A stretch of DNA of 64,000 nucleotides from Iphione sp. A-MEVVRFRX5. Its lineage: Eukaryota. The stretch is from positions 50,220,001-50,284,000 of the forward strand of contig OZ320318.1 of NCBI GenBank assembly GCA_976226885.1, written 5' to 3'. Both the position numbers and the translations under genes were made by a program. Below the pieces are notes generated by a model. That model was not told where the DNA came from and ran no database searches. It worked only from the letters and a program-made list of their open reading frames with translations. How positions within the stretch are numbered: the first letter of the stretch is position 1; every line of letters begins with the position of its first letter. Shown here one piece after another: positions 38,848 to 52,118 of this stretch.

Positions 38848-40086
38848 ATGCACGTGTCAAAACAGAGGATTACCAATCGGTCTCAGATCACAAGCGGCAA
38901 CGATTTCGAGATGAATCCTCCGCCTTGCGCGGACGTCCACTGCTGGTTTCTGGCAGGGCCCACCGAGCGGGTCCCTTCCGAGTTCCTTCCTAGCGACAAC
39001 GCTTCTTCCCTCCGGCGGACTTGTTCACCGATAACCTGCCAGGCGACAGTACCGATTGTCCTGCACACGGTGGTTCTGCCGATCGTAGGAGTCAGCGGCG
39101 TCATCCTCAACACTTTGTGCTTGCTGGTCTTCTCCAGGAAGGCCCTCAGCAACATGTGCGCCACCATGCGCACCTGGATGATGGCCATTGCTACCTGTAA
39201 CCTGGTCACCTGTGCGCACGTCCTGCCCATGGGATTGGCCAGGTGTCTGCCGCCAAGCGCCTCGGTCAGGACGGACGTCTTCCGCAAGGTTCTTCTCCTG
39301 TCCGTCACTATACCTCTGTGCAACGTGACGGCCAACGCGAGTAGTATACTGATGGTCTGTCTGGCGGTCCAGCGTAACCTCTTCATGTGGCGGTCCATAA
39401 AGAACCCCTGTGCTCCATGCGTCGCCAACAAGTTGTCACCAGTGCGTAGCTACGGAGTCATCCTGGCTGTGCTAGTGGCTTCAGTCATCTTCAACATGCC
39501 TTGGTTTTTAAGCTTCACCTACGCCCCGAATGGCTGTTACGACTACACACCTTTGGGTCGGTCATCTTTCTACTGGTACGTTTACCCTTGGCTACGGGTT
39601 GTGTTCGTTAACGTCGGGCCCTTAATTCTCATCATCCTGCTCAACGTCCTACTCATGTACAACATGCGCCGAGCAGCTCGACTCCTTCGACAGCGAGTAG
39701 GCGAAGAAGGAGAAGCAGGAGGACATGTGCTCTTCAAAACCTCGCTCCCGCTACATGGAGCACATAGCCATCTGCTGATATGTACGTGTGTCCTCTACAC
39801 GGTCTGTCACGTTCTGGTTCCCTGCGTCCTGCCCTCTGTCGTATCACTTCTTTTCGGAACGCAAGCGCTTTACTCGGTTGCCTTTCGCGTCCTACAGGCC
39901 GTTTCGGCAGTGCTGGTCACCATTTCCTACGCTGGGGACTTCGTTGTTTTTTATGCCTTCACGCGCCAGTTTAGAGAGGCCACACAACAGCTGCTCGCAA
40001 CTTGCTCTAAGAGGGGACACCGACTCTTTGGCCAGAGGATAAACACAGTAGAACCGGCGTCTACCATCACGTCCGTGTCCACATAA
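38848..40086 (+). CDS. Intronless class A (rhodopsin-like) GPCR, FMRFamide/sex-peptide/MIP-receptor-like group, divergent; 412 aa (start may be M22 at 38911)
   Basis: Longest ORF in the window, with seven hydrophobic segments. TM1 G-x-x-x-N (GVILN), TM4 SVIFNMPWF, TM5 YPW...GPLILIILLNVLL, TM7-helix 8 ...FVVFYAFTRQFR, and a basic ICL3 start. Confidence 0.85.
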   Translation: MHVSKQRITNRSQITSGNDFEMNPPPCADVHCWFLAGPTERVPSEFLPSDNASSLRRTCSPITCQATVPIVLHTVVLPIVGVSGVILNTLCLLVFSRKALSNMCATMRTWMMAIATCNLVTCAHVLPMGLARCLPPSASVRTDVFRKVLLLSVTIPLCNVTANASSILMVCLAVQRNLFMWRSIKNPCAPCVANKLSPVRSYGVILAVLVASVIFNMPWFLSFTYAPNGCYDYTPLGRSSFYWYVYPWLRVVFVNVGPLILIILLNVLLMYNMRRAARLLRQRVGEEGEAGGHVLFKTSLPLHGAHSHLLICTCVLYTVCHVLVPCVLPSVVSLLFGTQALYSVAFRVLQAVSAVLVTISYAGDFVVFYAFTRQFREATQQLLATCSKRGHRLFGQRINTVEPASTITSVST

Positions 40087-43000
40087 AACTCGCCATGTTT
40101 AGTTCCCAGGGCCACTTGCTTAACAAGGTGCCCCCGTTACCTCTTTTCAAAGGGAAATACATGAACACTGTACATTTTGTATATCAACTTTGCTATCTAT
40201 AGCACTTGGACCACTTCCTTTCGACGCTGTTTCCTCTAATCTATCTGTATTTACAGCGAGAGAATCAAATTAATGCAAATCGTGTATGTTAGTATATGAA
40301 AAACTGTAGAGCAGGATATTGAAGCAGACATAACAATAATGAAAACCTGACACCAAACTGCGTGGAGAAACTGGGCTTTTGTTCTGGACTGTTCTTTGAT
40401 CCTCGGTGCGGCACAAAAGTGACTAATGTTGGCATCCGCCGCCAAGTGATGTCCTTCTTCCACCTGTCAATCATCCAGACGTTGACCAGGTGACTAGTGA
40501 CGTCTACAGGAGGCTGTGCAGCAAGGGGCGCCGCAGTTTAGAGCTTCTTGGCTGAGTGATCAGTTCTGCCACCTGTGAGGGGTCAGCCACACACCGGCTA
40601 GAGAGCCCAGGTGGACCCAATCAGTGGTTTCTGCACAGGAGTCCGCAGAACGGAAAAGCTAGTAAGGCCATAACTTCTCGAGAGCTGCAAATCTGCCTCG
40701 ACGGGTCCAAAATGGTTTATAATGTCAGGGTGATGCCATGCACAAGCTGTGCACAATACGGTTTGCAGTGTTACAATTTATTCGGATCCATACTGCAGTT
40801 AGCACTCCCGCACAAATACTTTACCTCCCAGGGTCTCAGAAACAAGTACCCGTGCAGGTGAGCAGTTGACAGAGAGACGGTCTACCAGTGACCAACTTCC
40901 TGACTTGCTCCAGTCCTGACATCGTTTGTTATTTACTAAACTGTCTGGGACATGGACGCGAGAGAGCAGTGACATAGCTTCGGCGTGAGTCGCAGACATT
41001 TTGTCGAGAGTGCTCTCGCCAGAGGCCGGCCGGGTCGAGCAACAGCTGTGGGTGGCTCCTCTTGAGGAGGAGTGCGAGGACCCGTGTTTGTTTGGGCCAA
41101 CCGTCGCGTCCTCAGTACATACAGCGTTCTTCGCTCATCCACATGGCGGCGACGGAGACAGAGTGGGTTCAGGTGGAGGGTCGGTGAGAGCGGGGGTGGG
41201 GGAGGAGGCGGCGGCGGCTAAGATATGGGGGTGGGGGTGTCTACGATAGGTAAGTCTGTCGATCAACATTTCGTCGTTATTGACCACCGCTTTTCTAACG
41301 ATACGGAGAACAACGCATTGACATACCTTGGCCTTGCTGGTTTACACATTCAACCGTCGTAAGAAACCCTTTTTTAAGAGCTTTCAAACGTGGCCAGATA
41401 TTTTCCTATCTCATGACGGGCAGCTACATGCACTTTTGGGTGAAGGAAGGATAAAATAACGAAAAGGATAACATGAGGGAACATCTCCGCGTCACGTTAT
41501 CTGCCTGGAGTCCGTCAGGCCTACCTTCAATCGCTTTCTTTTTAAACTAAACTTGCGATTGGGTATCTGACGTGTTGTCATACTAGCCGAATGAGTCACT
41601 ACGCCTTGATGGCTACCGGCTCACAAGACTGCACACGACCAGATATGCCCAGCATCAATATTTGTGCAAGATTTAACTACCAGCACAGGCCATATGGCTG
41701 CCTGACGGACGTCCCTTAAATAATAGTAATGGCGAGTAATATTCGATGATATACGAATAGAAGATGGTAAGAGGATGCGCGTGTAGAGCAGAATTGATGG
41801 GTCCTGCTTCATGATGAAAGGCGATCTTGAGAGACGGACGGCATCTGTCCATGTCCACAGGCTGTCAACACCAGCCGCCTCCGATACACCGCAGTGGATG
41901 CCAAATCAGGTGACTTCACATGAGCAAGAATAAATACTATTTAGAGAAGGGGAAAAAATACCCAGAACGATATCATTCGAAAAAAAAATATACGTGGAGT
42001 CGGGGCATGTAACACTCTAGCATCGAATTGGCCCGGTAAAAAAACAACAAGCTGTCCACCAAACACAGAGAAGCAAAAATAAATTCAGCCTCTGCAGAAT
42101 CATTGACCATATTACAGTGTGGCGGCGGCGGCGGCGAAGTCATCACTAGCTAGACATGGAGATGTGCTTAATACTGAGTTTCAATCCTATCACTTACATC
42201 CAGCGCTGCAATGTGGTACTAATTCCCAACATGTGCTCACGTGTAAATCGGTGATAGACGAGTAAAATAAACTTGTGAAAATGATGTGTTTTACAATCTT
42301 CCCCCCTCGAGTGCCTACTGCTGCCGTTATCGCCGCTCAGACCATGACGTCAACATGTGATGACGTATGTATTTATGACGTCTTAGGAGTCAGCTGACAA
42401 GACAGGTAAACTATTATATGTGATGATGGCTGTCCATCTCCGCATGTCTAGCCTGCTAGCCGATGACGGCAACCTGGGCCAGGGAGGCGGACATAAAAAA
42501 AACACCATAACATCTAGACACAAGGTGAAAAGTCACTCAACGAGGCAAGGCCATGCCCAGCAAAAATGCAAGAACTTTCGACAGTTTCAACATAGACTAC
42601 CCATTATCTAATCAGAAGGTTTCATGTTTTGATATGATGTATAAACGGGAAAGAAAATCATTTGAACTTCTGCGGCACTGTGATTTCAAGGACGAAGCAA
42701 ATATGCTCCCTGGAGATACCAGCGGGTGGCGACGTCGTGCGGCTCGTTCTGACATCGTACGTGCCCGGCAGACAGAGCGGTATTTCATTGAAAACTACCC
42801 ACGTACATTCTTTGATAACGTGCTTTTTAAAAAGTGGCCCTCAATCGAAACATGATATAAGCAACGGATGAAGGGATCAAGACAGAACACTGGACGTTTT
42901 GTTGTCACGTATCACTAGTGCTATAATGTTTCGAGAACACTGCAAGACGGTTCGAGATTCCTTAAAATGTTTTTCTTTAATTTAGTCACTGCATATTACT

Positions 43001-43202
43001 AGTGCAACGTTTCATTCTCTGTTGGAATGTAATAGAAAAACACATTCCCCGTCCAAGCGATGCCGCTTCATAGTTTGATGGCAGTATTATCTACAATCGT
43101 TGACGTCAATGTGAATTTTACCTTTTGACAGTATAAAAAGTGGCAGCTATTTACCGTTACAATCTAAATAACATCTATACCTAGAAGATAGGTTTGACTT
43201 AC

Positions 43203-43260
43203 TCGTGGATTCGCCCAACAAATCGTGAAAGCTCACCTGCAAAAGAACAGGAAAGGGTGA
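43203..43260 (-). other. Splice signal: strong 3' splice site fused to a 5' splice-site motif plus a 34-nt cryptic exon (recursive-splice-site-like)
   Basis: Minus strand ttcaccctttcctgttcttttgcag|GTGAGC...CGA|gtaagt. Confidence 0.45.
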
Positions 43261-46200
43261 ATAACATTTATCACACCATAGAGCAGGGGCCCATGTAGGT
43301 TCTTGACTTACATTTCTTGATTGTACAATCTGGAAAGTGCTATGCAATGCAGCACTCTTTTTTCTTTTCAACAGACAGGAATTCCACGAAATCACCCTAG
43401 ACCCTCTTAATTACTACTGGTATCGACGCTGATGTGCACAATAGTACAATATAACAGGTACATATGAAACATGCAAGAGTCGTGGATCAATTGTGCTTTT
43501 CCAGTTTGTAACTGATTTGCTTTAGAAATAGACGTAATGAATAAAGTTGTGTAAAACTGCGTTGGGCGCCGATGAGTAACAGAGCTATGTGCCTTGTCTA
43601 ACATCACCCGATTGCTGGTTTATCTTCGATAGCAAATACTGCGTTTTTACAATTACAATCTTAGATATACAATTTTTCAAAAGGAAATTTGAAACCTCCA
43701 CCGGTGCTGGACTACAAAAAATTCCTTTGTAGGTGACTGATAGGTGATTGAATCTGTTTATGTAACATACGCTGCTAAGAGCACTATAGTGGAATTAAAA
43801 ACTAATCTACAGCGATGAAACCATAAACCCTCCATTGTATGGTATCAATTAAATTGATAGCCTTACTTTTGTCTCTAGTGTAACTAAATTGAAAATACCT
43901 CGCATGGGATAGGGGAAAAAACTACCGACAACAGACAATTTTGGTATGCCCACTTTCGACCATATCATCTTGAGTGGTAAATACTGATGAGGTGGTTGTG
44001 AAATACACAGAATGTGCAATGTGTAAACCCGCTAAAGAGTTGTGCTACACTTAACCCTATCGTGGCGGCTACATAGTGGTTAACAGCTGCGCAGCAGCCT
44101 AAAGGTAGGGCGTCTTATGATGAGCACTGTTGAACTGATCATTAAGGATGCATTACTGACACTATTACATCCATTATAGAGTTCGAATGTTGCCAGCAGG
44201 AGGTGAACATTATTCTGATACCTACATGCAGTACGTTTATGATAACATTATAAATATCTACTACATGAATCCCAGCAAAATGTAACATTTTAATGTTTCT
44301 CCAGGCCTACACTGAGAACTGTGTGGTGCATCCCCAGGGGTACAGCCCAAACCCACTGGCTTAAAAAAAAAACTCCATCCATCACAGGAAATGCATTTTA
44401 GATTGCATTTTCTTCAAAGCGCAGCGGGTCGACACCTCTTTTGGCACCGGGGGACACCTGAGGTCGGAGAACGAGACGACATACCCTGGAGCCGCTTACC
44501 CGGCGCACCTATGCCAAGGTTCGACACTCAGTTGACCGCATGAGCTGCTCGATGCACGTGTGGGGCCATACATCATCGACGTTAGCCTGTGGACCTCTAC
44601 AGCCTCCCGCTCCCTGGCCACTATCAACTAACAACACACGCCGCCGCTCTCGCAGCTGTCATGCGACGCGCCAGAGGTCAACTTCAATGTCATACCACGC
44701 TTCCGTTTCCGCTTCAATTCTAGTCTCGTTGGGGTAATCAGATTGCAATGTGCTGTTTTCACGGAAATAAATAACACTCCAAAGCAGTGTTTTCAAATCA
44801 AACAACCAAACGGAACAGCATTTTGCAGTGTACAGAGGAGGATATTTCAAGTCTTCAATCATTTCACCTCAATTAAAAATTGCAGTGCGATGTAGGGCGT
44901 CCGACTCCGCTTGATCGTTTTACCTCTGACAGCATTTGCGACCTGCCTCTGGAAAGGTGCGTTCACGTGACGGTTGGGGTTACGGCGAGGGTGGTTGCCA
45001 GTGGGCGGTCCACCGAACGCTAATGTTCTGTAAACGTAAACGCCCCTCAGTGTATGGAATCTAAATAGCATCGGACAGCAGACGACAAATTCATCCATCA
45101 TCTCCAGCTATCGTCGGCCACGCGCTTATTAAATGCGGCGGGAAGCTACTTCTCCAGCCTGCACCCCTGCGACGCCCACCCCAAGCGTTGGCCTGTCTCT
45201 CAGGTCCGAAGCACGGCGCAGGTACTAAGCTATAGCCCTCACCTTCCTCAACCTGCTCCACAACTCGCTCGCCCCCCCCCCCGTATCCCCCCCTTCCTTT
45301 TACCTCCTGCATCTACTCCAGCTCGCCGCACCTGTCTTATCTGGCTGGCGCTGTGTTCTACAGGTGTGCCTCATGTTACCTGACGCCACCACTGGCCGTG
45401 CCTTTCATCCCGCCCGCCGCCGCCTAATGGAGCCGCCGATAGCGCCTAGTCGGGCCCCGCCGATCTACACGCACCTTCCGGCCGACGGGGGTATCACATG
45501 GCCGGCACATTTGTCACCCCCTCTAGGCCGAAGAGGAGGCTAAGGGCCACGAAGGGCCATCTTGCGGGCCTACAATGAACCACCCACCTCTACCTACCTC
45601 AGGCCATAGGCAGTACAGGTGTATTGGTGATAGTCCTGGCGATAAGGGATTCCTTTTTCACCTACCGCCACAAACGCTTGCAGACCACCAGGGCATAATT
45701 CTTACTCAATTTTCCTTACATTTGTTCACAGTTTAAACAATGTTTCACTAAACCGCGCAATTCCTCAATCTTTTTCTCCCACAGGACACATTCCTCTAAA
45801 TGCTCGTGAAAAAAGGCTTCCTTGCCTGGACTTTTTCCTGCTGTCTAGATTTTATGCCGACTTTGATGCCTTGCAAATTACCGTGTAGTGACCAAACGCT
45901 TAACGCACGAAATGCACATAGGATGAAATGGGAACTTGTAAGAATTATTCTCGACAGAAAAAAATAAGGCTTTTGATGAAATTCTTGTGTGCCGAAGGGC
46001 GAGACCAAGCACTAGTGCAATTGAGCGTGGGACGACGGCTAAATGCTATTAGAAGCTAATAAATTCAAGTTAAGATATACAGTTTTATTCACGTAGTGCG
46101 ATACGCGTAGGAAACGCGGAGTTCCCCCACTAGCCCCTGCCACGGCTGCCTGTCTTTTAGGGTTACAAAGAGTTACGAAACTGACCGAAAAGGTGGCTTT

Positions 46201-49200
46201 GTGTTATGGAGTACGCGGAGGTGCTGGCTCGCCCGGTCAACGCCCAAATTTGCGGCCGTGTTGAGAAGAGGATGGCCGCCTGAGTCGCCCCTCGGTGCCA
46301 CCTCCTCGTGGGAAGTCGGCGCTGACGGCCGAGCAGCTCACGTGAGGGCTCCTTACGACTGCTTTATGCGAATTTTATGTACGACTTATCGCTGGCAACC
46401 CACTACCACCTAACTGCCGAGGATGAAGACGTGACCGAGGCGTTATGAATGGCGCAGAGACACCCGTCGTGGGTGGGGTCCTGCTTGGCCTGCGCTCCAG
46501 TTTGCCATCCATCAAAATACGTAGTCTTTGACCGGTATATCATTTCACATTAATTTCACTTAGACCTACCGTCGCAATCCAAGGTATTTTTTTTCGTTTC
46601 TACGCACATTGGTCCGACCGTGTATTTTCCACTTATTATCATCAGGAATGATAAATAGAATGATACATACACAGAAAATCCACAACGGAATTACATGCAC
46701 CTTACTTGTTAACTTACAATCTGGCGCATACACTCCTACAGTCTTAGTACACGAATACGAGACGGGCATCCCATTAAACAATGAAAACCTATCCTCTGGA
46801 ACTGGATAGGAACCATGTAACGCTGTCTTACGCACCATTGTAACCGATCGGATCAGCGGTATCACTGACCAGTCACACGTGCCCATGTTTACCGTCCGGG
46901 AAGGGAGACCCGGTGGTGCCTCAGTTACTCAAGACAGGGAATGGGTGCGGTGGGAAATGGCCATAGTGAGACAGGTGAGCAAAGAGGGAACCAGACGGGG
47001 GAGTAAGGGCTGCAAGTTTCTATTCCTTGGATGCAGATGCTTTACTGAGATCAATAAACTTGTGTATCGCATTGTTAAGAGAGACAACAACGAAACGTTC
47101 ACTAAAATGCACATCGCGTAAGTGTTCTCCAGATGAAAGTACATGACGTGCTGGAATTTAATGTCTCTCCTTGCTCCGTTGGAACGCAAGAACAGCAGCA
47201 ATTAATCCTTCTAGATGCTCATTCGCAAGACGCTTCACTGCAACTTATTAGAAGATCGTTCTTTGAAGAGAGAGCTGCATGGGTAAAAATGACATGATAT
47301 GCACTGTGTAGACATGTCGACATTGTATACTCTGGTAAAACCGGCTGTTAGGAACACAGGTGGTTATGTCGATATTGCACAATATTATCGGTTCTTCTTA
47401 CTATGAGAAAATCGGCAAGCATGCAATCCCTGATAAGAATAGATATGCACGCCAGTCTCTAACACGACGGAAACAAATCCGCATCATAATATGAGAAAAC
47501 TATCTAGTGAGAAGAGAAATACCTCACTTGGCGTCACTTCGATCGTGAAAACAAATTCAAACTTCTTTACTTTGAATTATCAAAGCTTCTCAAAATCAGC
47601 GCATCTTCAGATCCTGGAGCATTGTTTTACATTCCACAATTCTCGCATAAAGAAAATGAATGAAAATGATATTCATTGCATTAAATACTCAGTCAGAACT
47701 GACATATATGCAGCGGATTGTGAAATATCGCTCTTACATGCGATACTAATGCAAGGTGCCATTTTTTGACTTTGCCCTTCACCTGGATACAGGAGATAGC
47801 CTCAGCAGGGCTGGACCACGGCAGCGAAATTCATTAATTTTTTCACATAGACAAGGGATTCCTTTGCCTCCAACGCTCATCATTACCATTGCGCCGGAGA
47901 TACACAGCCGATGATTTAACACTTTCACACAGGCCCAGTCATAAATCTGTCCATGATGACAAATCGCCCACTTCCCAACCTCCACGAATAACGGTATCCC
48001 ATCAGAAGCTCAGTGCCGCCACACGTTCACCTCTTCCAAATCCTCCTCCCATTTGTAGGGATTCTAACCGCCGGACAGCGGCGCTTACATATCTTCAACT
48101 GAGGTCTCCCATGCGTGTCTATATCTATACTCAGGAGTGATTATCCTCATTTAACTGCACTTTACTTGGATCCACCTCGACCCAACCTCCTATACTGAAA
48201 GTGCCCTGATCTGTACATCCTGCAAGCAAAATATGGCATGACTTATCAACAACCAATAATCCCACTTTTGACCATGACTGTACATGATTTTTATACCGGT
48301 CCCGGAGATTACAAAATCCTCCTTTTACCCTCAATATTTCACTATATATATGCGATTCTATTTACATTTTTTGTTTCTGTAACAGAGAAAAATTCATGTG
48401 CTATGCATTGATATATAATTTGTATACGTATTCCTCTTAATTCTGGATATATTCAAGAGAAAATGAAGGGTTTTCAATTCCATCATGAAGACTACACCAA
48501 CATTTACATATCTAGATTCATAAAGCTCTGCATCCAGCAATAATTGATGATTCAGAGACTATTTTCTAGATATATTTATAGAAACACATAAACATAATGT
48601 TAACCCTATTTTAACTGGGATAAGTGAGGATTTTGAAATTGGTAACTGTTGTTTCATATATCGTGTTTAGCTGCAGGGTTTAATAGAAGAGACACTTTGA
48701 AAAGTTGTATATCAAGTGAAGGCCCTTGGATTGCATGTTATTTGAAAAAACTTTTACTTTATTTACTCGACTGCCACAGCAATGGGGTAGGACTGAAAAT
48801 GAGATATCCTTTCCAAAAGTTGCATTTAATTTATCCTAATTTTCATTACTTGAAGGTAGACACTAATAAATATTGCTCCTACAAGACAATCTTCCATTAA
48901 GAAAGTGCTCAGGAGGTGATTTCCAGTGTTTTAATACCTAATTCGTCTCTGTATGTGATCTGGAACACACTTTATCATGACCTGTAAGTATACGTCTTGA
49001 GCAAAAATAGTGCATTACCATATGCATCAGCATCACTGATGCATCATGGGATAAAAAAATAGAAATAATCATAATTAGTTAGAGAATACTAGTCAAATAT
49101 GGCTCATAACAAAACAAACTATGAATGTCCTCATGATTTCTTTGCAAGCAAATTGACAAAAGACAGTTTTCATTACATAAAAGACCTATTTCATGATAAA

Positions 49201-49736
49201 AAATTGTAATAATTACATGCAGTTGTCTTAATAAAGATGATAATAGGACATTAAATACTATTTGTTCATAATTATTTCCACAAATGATTCATCAAAAACT
49301 TCTGATGAGCTAATAGAAATAAGCACTATTGAGTTTCATGGAAATAAATTAGGAATATATATTAATTCTTCAGTTATTTTAACTTTTAATACGTATTTAT
49401 ATTAAAATGTCTATAAATATATGCTAACATGCTCAATTTTGCAGTTCTTACAGGTCATGTGACTAGTTTTCCATGGTAACCTAGTGTATTTTGTAAAATT
49501 CCAAGTTATCACAGGTAGACTTATATGTTCTTCCTTTCTGACAAAAATGACAAAAATCTATGAAATACAGACAAGACTTGCTTTCTGGAGAGGTACCGGA
49601 ATGCGAAAATTTGTACAGATGACGAAGATTCCGGAGTGGGGAAAAGTGCACCATGCATCTCCTGGTGGGGAAAACTGTCATAATAGTAAAGTATGGGAAC
49701 CTAATCGATATTCATAGAGATTGTGGTATATTCCAT

Positions 49737-49808
49737 GGAGAAAGTGTCAAAAAACAGCAAATTTCAAGGAGAAAGTGACAAAAAACAGCAAATTTTAGGG
49801 AAAGTATC
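49737..49808. repeat. 31-bp tandem duplication
   Basis: GGAGAAAGTG(T/A)CAAAAAACAGCAAATTT x2. Confidence 0.9.
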
Positions 49809-49819
49809 ATTTCTTTGTT

Positions 49820-50125
49820 CTCTGAGCTATGTTGTCTCCTCCTTTAGGAGGGTCTGGACTGCTTGTTGCTGTTATATAATCATTTGCACGTCTGTATTTG
49901 ACTTTGCGCCTCTGTCAGCCACTCTGCACTCTGTTATTTCTTCCTTTAGGAGGGTCTGGCCTGCTATCTGCACTTATGTAATCGTTTCGCACGTCTCTGA
50001 TGCTTCCTTTGTTCTCCCTTGTCTGGATGCTGGTGTCGATTGAGCCTCTGTCAGTCGCCTTGTGCTCTGCTGTTTCTACGTTTTAATCATTTTGCATGTC
50101 TCTGACGCTTCCTTTGTTCTCTCTA
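49820..50125. repeat. Degenerate ~100-106 bp tandem array (about 3 units)
   Basis: CCTTTAGGAGGGTCTGG at 49841/49943, AATC(A/G)TTT..GCA(C/T)GTCT at ~49878/49980/50086, and GTCTCTGA.GCTTCCTTTGTTCTC at 49993/50098. Confidence 0.75.
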
Positions 50126-50871
50126 GTCCAGTTAACTGAGTGTATTTACTATGTTAAATGCTCTAAAATGAACCTAAATATCGTCCGAATACGGAAAGCG
50201 AGTCTCTGGTTAATTAGTACAATTAATATAGAAAAACACTTGGTAATTCAAAATCCCTCCAGTTATGACGATATTCCGGAAACAGCGGATCCAGTAGGGG
50301 GGGCCGCCTGTATTGCTTATCTATCCCCTGCTCTGCAATTAATTGATGCATTGTACATGCATTTGTTTCAAGTGTAATCTCTGGGAGTGGTACAAAAATT
50401 GGTGGAATCAGTATGCATTCTATATCAAGCAATGGATAAGAAGAACGCCATAGACACATGGCGGGAGGGGGAGGGGGGGCGCAGGCGCAAATTCTAATAC
50501 CAACGGGCCGGGGAGAAAAAGATAGACATGTAACAGACTCACAGACAGACACAGACACAGACTTTTCAGTAAGGTTGGATTTTCATGTATCCGGAGATTG
50601 TTTTCTTAGTATGGATACGTGGCTATGGGGATAAAAATCATATGCTGTTCAACATGATTGTTTCCATGAGTATGGGTCCATGGGTCCAGAGTACCGGCCC
50701 AGAGACTGAAAATGGCCCTGGGCCAACAATTTCTCTGGATTCCTGAGCACAGACACACTAGAAGTATATAACAGGTGGTTTGAGGCATTTTAAGGAACAG
50801 AAACACAGTGTAACATATGTTAGATGTTGTGAAACTTTTAAAATTTGAATATTATTTGCATAAAAACCAAA

Positions 50872-51030
50872 CAATTTCTACCAATATGCCTCGAACTCCA
50901 TGAAAACATGCACTATTTCCACCGATATGCCTCAAACTCCATGGAAAACTGCACAACTTCCACTGATATGTCTCAACCCCGACAGAAAAATGCACAATTT
51001 CCATTGATATGTCTCAACTTTCACAAAAAA
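50872..51030. repeat. 41-bp minisatellite, 4 units
   Basis: Units start at 50872, 50913, 50954 and 50995 (caatttccac.gatatg.ctcaa.....). Confidence 0.9.
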
Positions 51031-51487
51031 ATCTGTATCTGTCTGTCTGTCCCTCTCTCTCCCTCAATGCCCCTCTCTCTCCAAACACATGGAAAACACC
51101 TCTTGGGAGAGGTGTGAAAAATCAGCCCATTGTTGATAATCAGCCCATTCCGGACAAGCACAGCCTACAGAAAAAAAACATACACAGGGAAAGCCAGCCT
51201 AAGGCTTGTATCCATGTTTGTATGTAGTGCGTCTCCATGTTTGCACTGTGACTGGGGGGAAGACAGAATAACAGGAATCCTGAGTACATCGATGCACACA
51301 TGGTGTGCGCAGCATGTATCGTGCCTCTGTGTTGCTGTGTTTGGAAATGAAACATCCCATTTCTCTGTGAAAGTTGTCCCTGTTTCTGACATATTTTTTT
51401 AGACTACATGTATGCTGAAGTATAGTGGTGTATTACAAAAAACACACTCCAATGCATGGGCATGTATACAATGGTTAATAGGATTAG

Positions 51488-51831
51488 CATTCATTTCATT
51501 TCATTGTATCTTTTACCAGGAATATATTCACCTATCATATGACAGGGATCTTCCATATCCTCCTGGGGTAGCATACTACCATCTATTATAGAGAATTGAG
51601 AGACCAGAATACCCAGGGTTGCCCCTTACTCTTATTTTGAATAGGTTTCTGGGGTATTTTTGTGTATAGAGGATAGAATCCTATACACCCACAGCCTTTT
51701 TACAAGTTGTGGACCACTCTGGGTTGGGACTACAGTAAATCTGCCTGTCTTGATCAAGAGTCCCAGGCCCGGGATTGAACCTGCGACCTCTCAGTCAGTG
51801 GACCAGTGCTCTACCACTGAGCCAACTCCCC
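51488..51831 (-). mobile_element. tRNA-derived SINE with Deu-domain-like core (BflSINE1/DeuSINE-like)
   Basis: Minus-strand head GGGGAGTTGGCTCAGTGGTAGAGC...GGTTCAATCCC (Pol III A box and B box). Body contains CTATTCAAAATAAGAGTAAGGGG...CTGG, resembling the Deu domain as I recall it. 3' tail (AATGA)n at 51488-51505. Confidence 0.75.
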
Positions 51832-52118
51832 ACCCCTATGGCAAAATACCTTGGTGCAAGGAAATTAAGCCTTACTGACACAATTAATATAGACAATGAT
51901 TTTGTCAATGAGAAAAAATGCACATCATATACAGTCAAATCTTGTCTACTGGAGTTGCAATAGCAGGATATTCTCATAAACCCGACCCTAACAATATAAC
52001 TGATTATTATACACTATAAATTGTACTATTTATCCGGAATTTGCTATCTGTAACCCGAGTTGATTTCAAGCCATCTCTATAATTTATACAGAAAATAGAC
52101 AGTTAACTGGTCCACAAC

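Noticed and set aside
38883-39431. 182-aa minus-strand ORF
   Set aside because: Antisense shadow of the GPCR coding sequence.
41143-41183. ATGGCGGCG... (MAATETEWVQVEG) followed by a GTGAGA donor, as a first exon
   Set aside because: The downstream acceptors I tested (45364, 45785) lead to quick stops, and there is no supporting promoter cluster.
50872-51030. 41-bp and other periodic repeats as a CRISPR array
   Set aside because: Contiguous degenerate tandem units without unique spacers, no cas genes, and a eukaryotic context.
51765-51831. Functional tRNA gene
   Set aside because: Acceptor and anticodon stems do not pair, and the sequence continues into a SINE body and tail.
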